Notes: a model not told the origin generated them from the sequence alone. A stretch of DNA of 64,000 nt from Candidatus Wildermuthbacteria bacterium RIFCSPHIGHO2_01_FULL_48_25 (GCA_001823155.1 MHTR01000001.1:43-64042); one strand, 5' to 3'; positions 51,695 through 60,752 are shown, numbered from the stretch's first letter. Made by a program: numbers and translations.

Positions 51695-53789
51695 TATCTT
51701 TTGCTTCTTTTATAGAAAGATTCACCCTTCCCAATTCGTCAATGCCGACAACCTTCACACGCACCTCGTCTCCCACGTTCACCACGTCGGTCACTTTCGC
51801 GACTCTCCTGTTGTCGAGCTGAGAAATGTGCACCAGGCCTTCCTGGCCAGGGGCGAACTCCACGAACGCTCCAAAGTCGAGAATCCTCCGCACTTTGCCG
51901 GCGTAAAACTCCCCTATTGCCACTTCTTTCACAATACCTTTAATGGTTTCCATGGCAAGCCGAGCTTTTTCTTCGTCGTTCCCGGTCACAAATACTTCGC
52001 CTGTGTCATCAATATCTATCTCAACTCCAAACTCCTCCACTATTTTGTTAATGGTTTTTCCTCCGCTTCCAATAACCATGCCGATTTTCTCGGGGTTGAT
52101 CTGCAACACAAAAATCTTGGGAGCGAACGGAGAGAGCTTCTCTCGTGGTTTCTCCAGTACTTTTCCAATAACTTCGTCGAGTATTTTTATTCGTGTTGCT
52201 TTTGCCGCCGCGAACGCTTCTTTCGCTATCTGTTCCGTGATTCCTTTCACCTTAACATCAAGCTGTATGGCGGTTATTCCTTCCTTGGTTCCCGCTACTT
52301 TAAAGTCCATGTCACCATGGTGGTCTTCAGGGCCCTGGATGTCAGTGAGCAGGGCATACTTCCCATTATCGTCTTGCATCAAACCCATTGAAATGCCTGC
52401 AACCGGCCGCTTAATGGGGACTCCCGCGTCAAGCAAAGCCAAAGAAGAAGAACACACCGACGCCATGGACGTAGAACCGTTTGAAGATACCACTTCTGTC
52501 ACAATGCGAATGGTGTAGGGGAAATCAACTACACTTGGAATGACGGGCAGGAGCGCTTTTTCCGCGAGCATACCGTGCCCTATTTCCCTTCTTCCGGGCC
52601 CCCGCATGGGCTTTACTTCTCCAGGCGCGTAGGGAGGGAAGTTGTAGTGGTGCAAGAACCGTTTCTTTCCGATGAACTCCATGCCCTCCAAGAGCTTTTG
52701 GTCTCCCGGAGCCCCTAAGGTAAGAATAGAAAGCGTTCTGGTCTGGCCCCGCTCAAAGAGCCCGGAACCATGGGTTCTGGGAAGCATCGCTGCTCTGGCA
52801 GAAAGCGGCCGCACTTCGTCAAGCTTCCTATCATCCACGCGCTTCCCTTCTTTCAAAGCTGCTTCGTGCACCAATCTGTCAATTTCTTCTTCAAAGAAGT
52901 CCTGCACCACGTTCCCTTTTCCAGGATTCGTTTCTTCCATGGCTGCAGCCACCTCGTCTTTGAACGCGTTCACCGAATCCATCCTGGTTTTCTTGTCTCC
53001 TTGGAACAGAGCGTCTTTCAACTTCGAGCCGATGCGAGACTGCATCTCTTGCAAAAACGCCTCGTCCTTTTCTGGGGTTGCGAGTAATGCTTTTTCTTTT
53101 TGGAATGCTTTCCCTTTGTTTTCCTGGAATTCAATGACTTGTGAAATGAGCGGCTTTGCGAATTGCAGAGCTTCCAGCATAATGTCATCTGGCACTTCGT
53201 TGGCAGACCCTTCGATCATGTTTATGATAACGTCGTTGTTGTCTTTGACGCCCGCAACCACAAGGTCGAGCTCGCTCTTGCTCCGTTCTTCATAGGAAGG
53301 GTTGGCAACAAACTTCCCGTCTACTCTTCCCACGCGAACAGCTCCCAAGGGCCCTTTCCACGGAATGTCTGAAATAGAGAGAGCGAACGAAGCTCCCATG
53401 AGGCCCAGAATGTCTGGGTCATAGGTAGCGTCCCATGAAAGACACGTCGCGATAACCTGCACCTCCTTTCGCAGTTCCTTGGGGAACAAGGGCCGAATAG
53501 CTCGGTCAATGACTCTTGCTGTGAGAATGGCCTCATCTGTGGGCCTTCCTTCTCTTCGAACGAACCTCGAGCCGAGGATTTTTCCTGCCGCGTAAAACCG
53601 CTCTTCGTATTCCACAAACAAAGGGAAAAATCCCTGGTTTGCCATATTTTTCCCCATTACCGCGGTCACCAAAAGAACCGTGTCACCCATGCGCATTAAT
53701 ACGGCGCCATTGGCGTGCTCGGCGAGCGGGGTCACCTCAAAAGAAACTTCCTTATCCCCTATTTGTATTATCTCAGCGGAAGAAGCCAT
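51675..53789 (-). CDS. pnp: polyribonucleotide nucleotidyltransferase (PNPase)
   Basis: Two RNase PH domains, a KH domain (GGKTINKI) and an S1 domain. 704 aa. Confidence 0.95.
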   Translation of the reverse strand: MASSAEIIQIGDKEVSFEVTPLAEHANGAVLMRMGDTVLLVTAVMGKNMANQGFFPLFVEYEERFYAAGKILGSRFVRREGRPTDEAILTARVIDRAIRPLFPKELRKEVQVIATCLSWDATYDPDILGLMGASFALSISDIPWKGPLGAVRVGRVDGKFVANPSYEERSKSELDLVVAGVKDNNDVIINMIEGSANEVPDDIMLEALQFAKPLISQVIEFQENKGKAFQKEKALLATPEKDEAFLQEMQSRIGSKLKDALFQGDKKTRMDSVNAFKDEVAAAMEETNPGKGNVVQDFFEEEIDRLVHEAALKEGKRVDDRKLDEVRPLSARAAMLPRTHGSGLFERGQTRTLSILTLGAPGDQKLLEGMEFIGKKRFLHHYNFPPYAPGEVKPMRGPGRREIGHGMLAEKALLPVIPSVVDFPYTIRIVTEVVSSNGSTSMASVCSSSLALLDAGVPIKRPVAGISMGLMQDDNGKYALLTDIQGPEDHHGDMDFKVAGTKEGITAIQLDVKVKGITEQIAKEAFAAAKATRIKILDEVIGKVLEKPREKLSPFAPKIFVLQINPEKIGMVIGSGGKTINKIVEEFGVEIDIDDTGEVFVTGNDEEKARLAMETIKGIVKEVAIGEFYAGKVRRILDFGAFVEFAPGQEGLVHISQLDNRRVAKVTDVVNVGDEVRVKVVGIDELGRVNLSIKEAKDNGNQEP

Positions 53790-54295
53790 TTTCGTTGTTT
53801 CAAAAGATATTTATCTACCGTAGTTTCCAGATCCAAGAATTCGTCAGCAATTTCCTTCAGCTTGGAAGACGTGGATTTTCCGAACGCCATTACCTCAACC
53901 CGCTTTCCGTGGTTCTTGAGGTACTCCACCAAAGGGGCAAAGTCTCCATCTCCAGACACTAGCACAATAACGTCTACAGCTGAAGACGTTTTGATGGCGT
54001 CAACCGCGATTCCCACGTCCCAATCAGCTTTTTTCAGGCCGCCATAGTATTCCTGGAGGTCTTTGGTGCGGGTTTCAATGCCGAGCTTCAATAATGCCTC
54101 GAAAAATGGTTTTTCCTCCCCTGTTTTGGTGCGCACCACGTATCCAAAAGCGCGAATGAGCCGTCTCCCCGCGACAGCGTCTTTGAGAACTTCTCCGAAG
54201 TTAACGCGTGTTTGGTACAGGTTCTTTGCCGAGTGGTAGAGGTTTTGTACGTCAATAAAAACTGCAACTCTCTGGTCTTTGTTCTTAAGCGTCAT
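53768..54295 (-). CDS. NYN-domain (LabA/DUF88-like) predicted ribonuclease
   Basis: VAVFIDVQNLY ... DVIVLVSGDGDFAPLV. The start was taken at MTLKNK; the ORF extends to 54316. Confidence 0.7.
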   Translation of the reverse strand: MTLKNKDQRVAVFIDVQNLYHSAKNLYQTRVNFGEVLKDAVAGRRLIRAFGYVVRTKTGEEKPFFEALLKLGIETRTKDLQEYYGGLKKADWDVGIAVDAIKTSSAVDVIVLVSGDGDFAPLVEYLKNHGKRVEVMAFGKSTSSKLKEIADEFLDLETTVDKYLLKQRKWLLPLR

Positions 54296-54299
54296 CGTG

Positions 54300-54566
54300 T
54301 TATGCCTTGATTCCAAGCGCTTTTACGAACGAAGCGTGGCGCTTCGGGTTTTCGCGCTTTAAATACCCCAAAAGCGTTCTGCGCCTGGCCACCAGTTTCA
54401 AGAGCGCCCGCTTTGAAGAGAAATCTTTGGCGTGCTTTTTCAAATGCGAAAGCAGCTTCCCGATTTCTTCTGAAACAAGGGCTATTTGCACTTCCGGGCT
54501 TCCGGTGTCTTTCTCGTGCACTTTGTATTTCTCAATTACCTTGAGTTTGTCTTGTTGTTTCAACAT
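54300..54566 (-). CDS. rpsO: 30S ribosomal protein S15
   Basis: 88 aa. DTGSPEVQIALVSEEI ... HLKKHAKD. Confidence 0.95.
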   Translation of the reverse strand: MLKQQDKLKVIEKYKVHEKDTGSPEVQIALVSEEIGKLLSHLKKHAKDFSSKRALLKLVARRRTLLGYLKRENPKRHASFVKALGIKA

Positions 54567-54622
54567 GAAAACAGCGTAGCATAAAAACTAAAAATCCGCA
54601 AGAAAACCCTGTCTTGGGCTTC

Positions 54623-55441
54623 CTACAGAGAGGAGTTGGCTAAGAGGGCTATGATAAATCCAGCAAAAGCAATGAGGGCGAATATGCCGACAATGCCAAG
54701 CGCGATAAACACCTTGATGGCGGTTCTGAACCTTGCCTCGTTCGCTTCAAGCGGATGCTGCGCTTTTACCTCGCGCACGGCCTGGTATATGCCGTACGCG
54801 TAGGCAATACTCACGGGAATGACCAAGAAATGGATGACTGCGAGTTGGAAAAATTGCGGTATTCCAGGCTGCGTTGAATGCACGGCGCTCGTGGCAAGAG
54901 CCGTGAGCCCTGCCTGGATGAGTATGGACAGCACGCCAATAAACACAATGCGCCACACCACGCTCCACCAATATCCTTTAATGTATGCATAGCTCGCGGT
55001 TAAGGCAGAAAGCCCTTTCTTGTTCTCGGTGAACAATATGTATGGGGCGAATGTGAGCCATAGAGAGAGCACGAGGCCCGGGATGACAAACAATACAAGC
55101 CCGCCCAAGACGGCAAGCGTGGTGAGAATGCTTACCCAGCCGTATGATACAAGCATGCGTATCGCGTTCTCATACGCCCCCACAACTCCTTTTTCAGGAG
55201 TTCCTTTTGCAGCCATTACCGTGATGAGCGCGCCCACGGAAAGGAAACCAAAGAGTAACGCCAAGAGTCCTACAATAATCTCAACTCCGCCCCAAAATTG
55301 AAACGTTCCGATAACAAAAGGAATCGCCATAACTCCCGCGAGAACGGGCCAATGGGCTTTATAAAACGAAAGCGCGCCTCCGAGAAGTTTGAACGCGGAA
55401 GGTAGCGTCGCCTTGGGTGATAGCATTTGAATGTTTTCCAT
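54623..55441 (-). CDS. polytopic membrane protein, unknown function
   Basis: 272 aa with about 6 TM segments. Confidence 0.5.
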   Translation of the reverse strand: MENIQMLSPKATLPSAFKLLGGALSFYKAHWPVLAGVMAIPFVIGTFQFWGGVEIIVGLLALLFGFLSVGALITVMAAKGTPEKGVVGAYENAIRMLVSYGWVSILTTLAVLGGLVLFVIPGLVLSLWLTFAPYILFTENKKGLSALTASYAYIKGYWWSVVWRIVFIGVLSILIQAGLTALATSAVHSTQPGIPQFFQLAVIHFLVIPVSIAYAYGIYQAVREVKAQHPLEANEARFRTAIKVFIALGIVGIFALIAFAGFIIALLANSSL

Positions 55442-55446
55442 TATAT

Positions 55447-55520
55447 TGGTGCCCCCAGAAGGAATCGAACCCTCATCAGTGGATTAAGAGTCCACAGCTT
55501 TGCCATTAAGCTATGGGGGC
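55447..55520 (-). tRNA. tRNA-Lys (anticodon CTT), CCA encoded
   Basis: Acceptor GCCCCCA/TGGGGGC, anticodon stem GTGGA/TCCAC with loop CTCTTAA, T-loop TTCGATT, 3' ACCA. Confidence 0.85.
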
Positions 55521-55525
55521 GGAGT

Positions 55526-55954
55526 TTATTGAACGCCGCACGAGATCTGCCACCAGTTTCCAAGGCCCGCCCATTCGGCGACTCCCATGGCCTGGAATAT
55601 CGTGTTCACGAAGATCCACGAGGCATATACAATGATGAGGCCAATGACCGTTGTAGTCAATATGACTTTGCCTCTGTTGGTGCGCTCCGGGCTTCCTGCC
55701 GCGGTGAGCATGGTAAACCCGCCTACCACAAACAGGAACGACGCTATCAAAGGAACGATCGCGAATCCGCTATTGGCCGAACCAGGGAACAAAAAGAAGT
55801 TGATGATGTTTGTGCCGAGCTGGAATACATGGCAGAGGTTGCATGGGTCTTGCCCTGCTCCTCCGCAAGGAATCAAGCCGTTGGCAGCTTCAGCCAAGCT
55901 TCCTACTGCAAGAACACCCACTACGATTATTGCGATAAACATGAAACTCCTCAT
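55526..55954 (-). CDS. TrbC/VirB2-like T4SS pilin (orphan copy)
   Basis: Signal peptide MRSFMFIAIIVVGVLAVGSLAEA, then LIPCGG...C..C and two TM helices. Same architecture as the C-terminus of the 46016-48400 product. Confidence 0.55.
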   Translation of the reverse strand: MRSFMFIAIIVVGVLAVGSLAEAANGLIPCGGAGQDPCNLCHVFQLGTNIINFFLFPGSANSGFAIVPLIASFLFVVGGFTMLTAAGSPERTNRGKVILTTTVIGLIIVYASWIFVNTIFQAMGVAEWAGLGNWWQISCGVQ

Positions 55955-56016
55955 TTCCCCACTATACCTCATGCATTGAATTCTTCAACTTTTTAAGCTA
56001 AACTTATGAATAACGC

Positions 56017-56088
56017 GTCCCCGTAGCTTAACGGATAGAGTTCTGGGCTTCGAACCCAGCGATAGAGGTCCGATTCCTCTCGGGGACA
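56017..56088 (+). tRNA. tRNA-Arg (anticodon TCG)
   Basis: Acceptor GTCCCCG/CGGGGAC, anticodon stem CTGGG/CCCAG with loop CTTCGAA, T-arm AGAGG-TCCGATT-CCTCT. Confidence 0.85.
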
Positions 56089-56099
56089 CAAAAAGGATT

Positions 56100-57587
56100 A
56101 TGAAAATACCTCAAGAAGTTGAAACAGTGGTGGAAACGCTTAGTAAAAACGGGTTCGAGGCCGCCGTGGTGGGCGGCTGCGTTCGCGACTTGCTGCGGAA
56201 AAAAGAACCCGAAGATTGGGATGTCGCTACCAACGCGACTCCCGAAGACGTGCAGAAGCTTTTCCCCGAGAACTTTTACGACAACAAGTTTTTCACGGTT
56301 ACGGTAAAAACCGAGAGCGAGAACCCCAAACTCAAAGAGATCGAGGTTACCACCTACCGCACCGAGTTCAAGTATCAGGACAGGAGAAGGCCCGAAGAGG
56401 TGAAGTACGCGCAGAACCTGGAAGAAGACCTTTTGCGCCGCGATTTTACCATGAACGCAATCGCCTTGCGTCCTAAGCGAAGCTTAGGACAGGAGCATCC
56501 TAAGCTTCGCTTAGGATTGGAGATCGTGGATCCGTTCGAAGGACAGAAAGATCTCAAAGCAAAACTCATTCGCGCCGTGGGAAGCGCGGAAGAGCGTTTC
56601 CAGGAAGACGCCCTGCGCATGCTGCGCGGAGTACGGTTCTTCGCGACACTAGGCTTTTCCCTGGAGCCGGAAACGCGGAATGCCATTCAAAAGAACGCGT
56701 CTCTTTTGCAGGAAATATCCCAGGAACGCATGCGCGACGAGTTTGTGAAGCTCGTGATGTCGGAACGGGCGTTCGAGGCGGTGCAAGAACTGCAAGACCT
56801 GGGCCTGCTTTCTTTTATTGTCCCCGAGCTTCTCGAGGGCTGGGGAGTAAGCCAGAACAAGCACCACAAATACACGGTATGGGAGCACAACATCCGTTCA
56901 CTCGAGTTCGCGGTTCAAAAGGGCTGGAGTCTTGAAGTGAGACTTGCTTCCCTACTGCATGACGTTGCGAAACCCAGGGTGAAGAAGGGTGAAGGCCTTG
57001 ATTCAACCTTTCACGGCCACGAAGTGGTGGGCGAACGCATGGCAAAGGATATTCTTTCAAGACTCCGCTTCCCTCAAAAAACTATAGAAAAGGTGGCAAA
57101 GCTCATCCGCTATCACATGTTCTACTATAATGTAGGGGAGGTAACGGATTATTCTGTTCGAAAGCTGGCGCGCAACATTGGAAGTGATAGCGTTGAAGAG
57201 CTCTTGCAGGTGAGACAAGCAGACCGCATTGGGTCTGGAGTTCCCAAGGCCGAGCCCTACAAATTGCGCCATCTTCGGTATATGCTGGAAAAGGTGTCGC
57301 AAGACCCTATTCTGCCAAAGATGCTGGCAGTCAAAGGGGATGAAGTTATGGAAACATTGAAGCTTGAGCCAGGGCCCAAGGTGGGCCAGATCCTGGATAT
57401 TCTTCTGGAAGAAGTTCTGGAAAATCCCAAGAACAACAAAAAAGAGTTCTTGCAAACGCGGATTGTCGCGCTGGGAAGGCTTTCTGATAAAGAGCTCCAG
57501 AAGCTCTCGGAACAAGCGAAAAAGGGACGCGCCGATGTCGAAACAAGACGCGACGAAATGACAAAACAGAAATATTGGGTAACATAG
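56100..57587 (+). CDS. cca: CCA-adding enzyme / tRNA nucleotidyltransferase with HD domain
   Basis: GGCVRDLL, DWDVAT, RRDFTMNA, then HD domain HDVAKP. Confidence 0.9.
   Translation: MKIPQEVETVVETLSKNGFEAAVVGGCVRDLLRKKEPEDWDVATNATPEDVQKLFPENFYDNKFFTVTVKTESENPKLKEIEVTTYRTEFKYQDRRRPEEVKYAQNLEEDLLRRDFTMNAIALRPKRSLGQEHPKLRLGLEIVDPFEGQKDLKAKLIRAVGSAEERFQEDALRMLRGVRFFATLGFSLEPETRNAIQKNASLLQEISQERMRDEFVKLVMSERAFEAVQELQDLGLLSFIVPELLEGWGVSQNKHHKYTVWEHNIRSLEFAVQKGWSLEVRLASLLHDVAKPRVKKGEGLDSTFHGHEVVGERMAKDILSRLRFPQKTIEKVAKLIRYHMFYYNVGEVTDYSVRKLARNIGSDSVEELLQVRQADRIGSGVPKAEPYKLRHLRYMLEKVSQDPILPKMLAVKGDEVMETLKLEPGPKVGQILDILLEEVLENPKNNKKEFLQTRIVALGRLSDKELQKLSEQAKKGRADVETRRDEMTKQKYWVT
56471..56516. repeat. 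in-frame palindromic insert inside cca
   Basis: TCCTAAGCGAAGCTTAGGA-8 nt-TCCTAAGCTTCGCTTAGGA. The two 19-mers are reverse complements of each other and each is self-complementary. Confidence 0.8.
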
Positions 57588-57597
57588 AAAAGGTACG

Positions 57598-58182
57598 ATG
57601 AACAGGAAGACAGCCAACGAGATAGCTTTACGCTTTACGTGGAGGAAGCCAGTAGCCAGGTTTTTAGACTTTTGGTGGAAGATGCGTTCGAAACGCCTTG
57701 CGAAACTTCTCTTGCCCCACATCCCAAAGGGATCTTACGTGCTCGACATTGGATCCGGGAGCGGCATACTCGCCAAGGAGATCTCTTCATACGCAAGGGT
57801 GCAGCTTCTTGACGTGATTGACTGGAATGTTACCGATCTTCCGCTTGTTCTGTTCGACGGCAAACACATCCCGCATGGAGATAAGCAATTTGATGTGGCG
57901 CTGTTGGTCGACGTTTTGCATCACAGCGAGAACGAGGAAGAACTGCTGCGCGAAGCGAACCGCGTCGCGAAAAAAGTTGTGGTGCTGGAAGAGGCGCACG
58001 ACAGCGCGTATATGAAGCTATGGGCGAATATTAACGACAATCTTCAGTGGCTGCTCTACGGAATGCCTCTTGGGCTGCATCATCGGAGCAAAGAGAAATG
58101 GTCTTCGTTCCTGGGAGGATTTTGCTCCAAAGTCCAGTGCCACTCGGAATATTTCAGCCACGCGGTTTACGTAATGGAATAA
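57598..58182 (+). CDS. class I SAM-dependent methyltransferase
   Basis: Motif I VLDIGSGSGILA. Confidence 0.7.
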   Translation: MNRKTANEIALRFTWRKPVARFLDFWWKMRSKRLAKLLLPHIPKGSYVLDIGSGSGILAKEISSYARVQLLDVIDWNVTDLPLVLFDGKHIPHGDKQFDVALLVDVLHHSENEEELLREANRVAKKVVVLEEAHDSAYMKLWANINDNLQWLLYGMPLGLHHRSKEKWSSFLGGFCSKVQCHSEYFSHAVYVME

Positions 58183-58191
58183 ACGCAGCAT

Positions 58192-58770
58192 ATGGATTAC
58201 GCTTCAAAACTCTATACGTTCTGTCTTTTACACTACGATACAACCAATCTTCCTGCGCTCGTCGAATATCTTCAGCCTCGACAAGGGGAGAAGATACTGG
58301 AAATCGGGTGCAATAGGGGCCGCTTGCTGAAAAAAATCGTTGACCTAGGCACCAAGGCCTTTGGAATTGACGTGAACCCCTACGCCATTGAAAACAGGAC
58401 AGCGGGTGTTGAGACCGCTCTTATGGACGCAACGCAACTGACGTTTCCAGGCGCTTCGTTCGACAAGATATACAGCCTGCACGTTATCGAGCACATACCA
58501 AACCTCAAAAAAGCATTTGAAGAAATGGCGAGGGTTTTGAGGCCGGGCGGCCGCATTGTGTTGTTTTACCCGGCAGAACCTATCCGTGGTCTTTTCGCCA
58601 TTCCTTCAGCTTTAGTAATGTGGAAGAACCCTTTGGACATTCACGTGAACAAGCTCAACCCGCGTAAGATTGCGGCAATGGCCTCGTCTCTTGGATTGGA
58701 GCACGTGGAAAGCCACTTCCCCGTGCGCTTTACCCCCCAATACGTTACGGTTCTTCAAAAGAAGTCATAA
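58192..58770 (+). CDS. class I SAM-dependent methyltransferase (type 11-like)
   Basis: Motif I ILEIGCNRGRL and the post-I acidic residue. LRPGGRIVL. Confidence 0.7.
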   Translation: MDYASKLYTFCLLHYDTTNLPALVEYLQPRQGEKILEIGCNRGRLLKKIVDLGTKAFGIDVNPYAIENRTAGVETALMDATQLTFPGASFDKIYSLHVIEHIPNLKKAFEEMARVLRPGGRIVLFYPAEPIRGLFAIPSALVMWKNPLDIHVNKLNPRKIAAMASSLGLEHVESHFPVRFTPQYVTVLQKKS

Positions 58771-58772
58771 AT

Positions 58773-58843
58773 CGGGGTGTCGTACAACGGCAGTATACAC
58801 GCTTCGGGTGCGTGCGATCCGGGTTCAATTCCCGGCTCCCCGA
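58773..58843 (+). tRNA. tRNA-Pro (anticodon CGG)
   Basis: C1-G72 acceptor CGGGGTG/CTCCCCG (one mismatch), anticodon stem CACGC/GCGTG with loop TTCGGGT, T-arm CCGGG-TTCAATT-CCCGG. Confidence 0.8.
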
Positions 58844-58844
58844 C

Positions 58845-59984
58845 ATGAAACAGCTAGTACTGGGAGCAGCGCTCCTTGCTGGTGTTGGAATAGGGATAGC
58901 GGGTTGGAACGTGTTCTTGAAAAAAGAGCAGCCGCCTGTTTCTCAAGGAAGCGAGGAAAGTCTCGCGCGTTTTGCCAATCAGATCGTTTCGGGAGAGACG
59001 AGAAACGAATCTTCCAACGTTTCCGGTTCTGAAGCGCAAAATCCTTCGCTTTGCGTGGGGCAAGAGCAGGCAGATTTTAGTTGCTACGAAAAAGTTTTTT
59101 CAGACCTTACTCATAATGAAGGCGTTGCCGCCGCGTTTGCGTTACTGAGAGCAGAATACCCAAAGAACGCATACGTGCAGACGCAGTGCCATCCTTTAAC
59201 CCATGTGGTCGGAAACGCCGCGGCAACTCTGTACCCCGACGTGTCTGAGGCCTACGCCAAAGGAGACAGCTTTTGCTGGTCTGGCTACTATCACGGGGTG
59301 CTGGAAGGGGTCATTGGCCGCATTGGGTATTCAAAACTCGAAAGCGAGATGAATAATATTTGCGAAGGATTGCGTGACGCGCGGGCCTACGGTTTTGACC
59401 ATTACAACTGCGTGCACGGCTTGGGCCACGGGGTTATGGCAGTAACCAACAACGAGCTGTTCCAGTCACTGGAAACCTGCGACATCCTGAATGATTCTTG
59501 GGAAGCAGCATCGTGCTGGTCGGGAGCTTTCATGGAGAATGTGATCATTGATAATAAAAATCACTACACAAAATACCTAAGGCCCGAAGAACCTTTATAT
59601 CCATGCAACGCGGTGGGAGAACAATACAAAGGAACCTGTTATCTTATGCAGACTTCGTACATGCTCAAGGTTACGTTCGGAGATTTTGAGAAAGTGTTTG
59701 ATTTGTGCAGCCAGGCTGAACAAGGGTATCGCGACACCTGCTACGTGAGCTTGGGGAGGGATGCTTCGGGAAGGAGTTTGAGCAATGTTGAGCAGACAAA
59801 AGCAACCTGCAACCTCGGCAAGGACTTTACGCAGCGCTCCAACTGCGTTATTGGGGCAGTAAAGGATTTCATCTCGTACTTCCACTCAGATATTCAGGCA
59901 AAAGAGCTCTGCGCTTCCCTTGACGGAGCAGACCTTCAAAAGGTATGTAGAGATACAGCGGAAAGCTACGCAACGATTCTGTAA
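58845..59984 (+). CDS. membrane-anchored Cys/His-rich repeat protein, unknown function
   Basis: Start at MKQLVLGAALLAGVGIGIAGW, immediately after tRNA-Pro. Recurrent C.H..GH / CW.G / CY...G motifs. The ORF-track start at 58812 lies inside the tRNA. Confidence 0.55.
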   Translation: MKQLVLGAALLAGVGIGIAGWNVFLKKEQPPVSQGSEESLARFANQIVSGETRNESSNVSGSEAQNPSLCVGQEQADFSCYEKVFSDLTHNEGVAAAFALLRAEYPKNAYVQTQCHPLTHVVGNAAATLYPDVSEAYAKGDSFCWSGYYHGVLEGVIGRIGYSKLESEMNNICEGLRDARAYGFDHYNCVHGLGHGVMAVTNNELFQSLETCDILNDSWEAASCWSGAFMENVIIDNKNHYTKYLRPEEPLYPCNAVGEQYKGTCYLMQTSYMLKVTFGDFEKVFDLCSQAEQGYRDTCYVSLGRDASGRSLSNVEQTKATCNLGKDFTQRSNCVIGAVKDFISYFHSDIQAKELCASLDGADLQKVCRDTAESYATIL

Positions 59985-59986
59985 AG

Positions 59987-60057
59987 GGGCCTGTAGTTAA
60001 GTGGTAAAACGCCGCATTCGCATTGCGGAGGCGCGAGTTCGATTCTCGCCAGGTCCA
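59987..60057 (+). tRNA. tRNA-Ala (anticodon CGC)
   Basis: Acceptor GGGCCTG/CAGGTCC with the G3:U70 identity pair, anticodon stem CCGCA/TGCGG with loop TTCGCAT, T-arm GCGAG-TTCGATT-CTCGC. Confidence 0.85.
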
Positions 60058-60120
60058 CAACAAAAGAAAAATCTCTGTAAAGGATATCCCTTGCAGAGAC
60101 TTTTCTTTTCTGGGAGTAAA

Positions 60121-60143
60121 TGTGTGAAGACCGTCTTCACACA
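60121..60143. repeat. perfect 11-bp-arm palindrome
   Basis: TGTGTGAAGAC-C-GTCTTCACACA. Confidence 0.6.
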
Positions 60144-60288
60144 TCCTCACTCGGTTGCTATGACAGCGCCGGTGGCGTCGACAATTTAGAACGCCCCTTT
60201 TTCCCATGGAGAAACCATTCTCCTATCAAATGATGTTGACGCACTGAGCGCGATAATCTTGCGTTTCCGCCCTCCCAGAGGGGGGATA

Positions 60289-60317
60289 TTGACAAAAAAT
60301 ATCCCTCGTGCTATACT
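60289..60317 (+). promoter_or_regulatory. sigma70-type promoter of the high-GC mini-unit
   Basis: TTGACA-17 nt-TATACT. Confidence 0.5.
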
Positions 60318-60391
60318 CTTTTCTATTGGCGTACAGAGAGTATGCCGAGGAGTTTCCGCCACAAGGCGGGAGAAAGGAATAGGCATCATAC

Positions 60392-60568
60392 ATGTCCAAA
60401 GCAGGTCCGTCCGAGACCCGAACCACGCCCCAAGAAGGTGACGTTATTTCCAAGCAGGACATCCACCCGATCGACGACGGCGCCCACGACGGCGAGACCA
60501 CGTCGACCCCGCGCGGCCGCGCCACCGGGAAGCCCGGCAAGCCGACGACGCGCCGGCCCCGCTGACGC
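60392..60568 (+). CDS. possible 58-aa hydrophilic protein in a very high-GC patch
   Basis: Hand translation: MSKAGPSETRTTPQEGDVISKQDIHPIDDGAHDGETTSTPRGRATGKPGKPTTRRPR. About 84% GC at third positions, the best of the three frames. The SD is weak. Confidence 0.3.
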
Positions 60569-60707
60569 GGCCAGGTCGTCCCGCCTCTCTCGGGTGAGGG
60601 AGGCGCGACAATCGGAATTCCGCACATCGCGGAGGAGGCAAGGATGAACGGTTTCATGCCGCCGTAGCGGCGAACAAGTGACCTACATAGTCGTCGATGA
60701 AAGGCCA

Positions 60708-60752
60708 TGGGCCCCTTAGGTGCAAAGCATCTTCGGGGCCCGAACTTTTTCT
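60708..60752 (+). terminator. intrinsic terminator of the high-GC mini-unit
   Basis: GGGCCCCTTAGGTGC-AAA-GCATCTTCGGGGCCC followed by GAACTTTTTCTT. Confidence 0.6.

Noticed and set aside
60226-60708. 160-aa minus-strand ORF and 101-aa plus-strand ORF (60342-60647) across the very high-GC patch.
   Set aside because: Both are extremely Arg/Pro-rich, and their third-position GC is lower than that of the 58-aa frame. They are most likely composition artefacts. Even the 58-aa call is kept only at low confidence.
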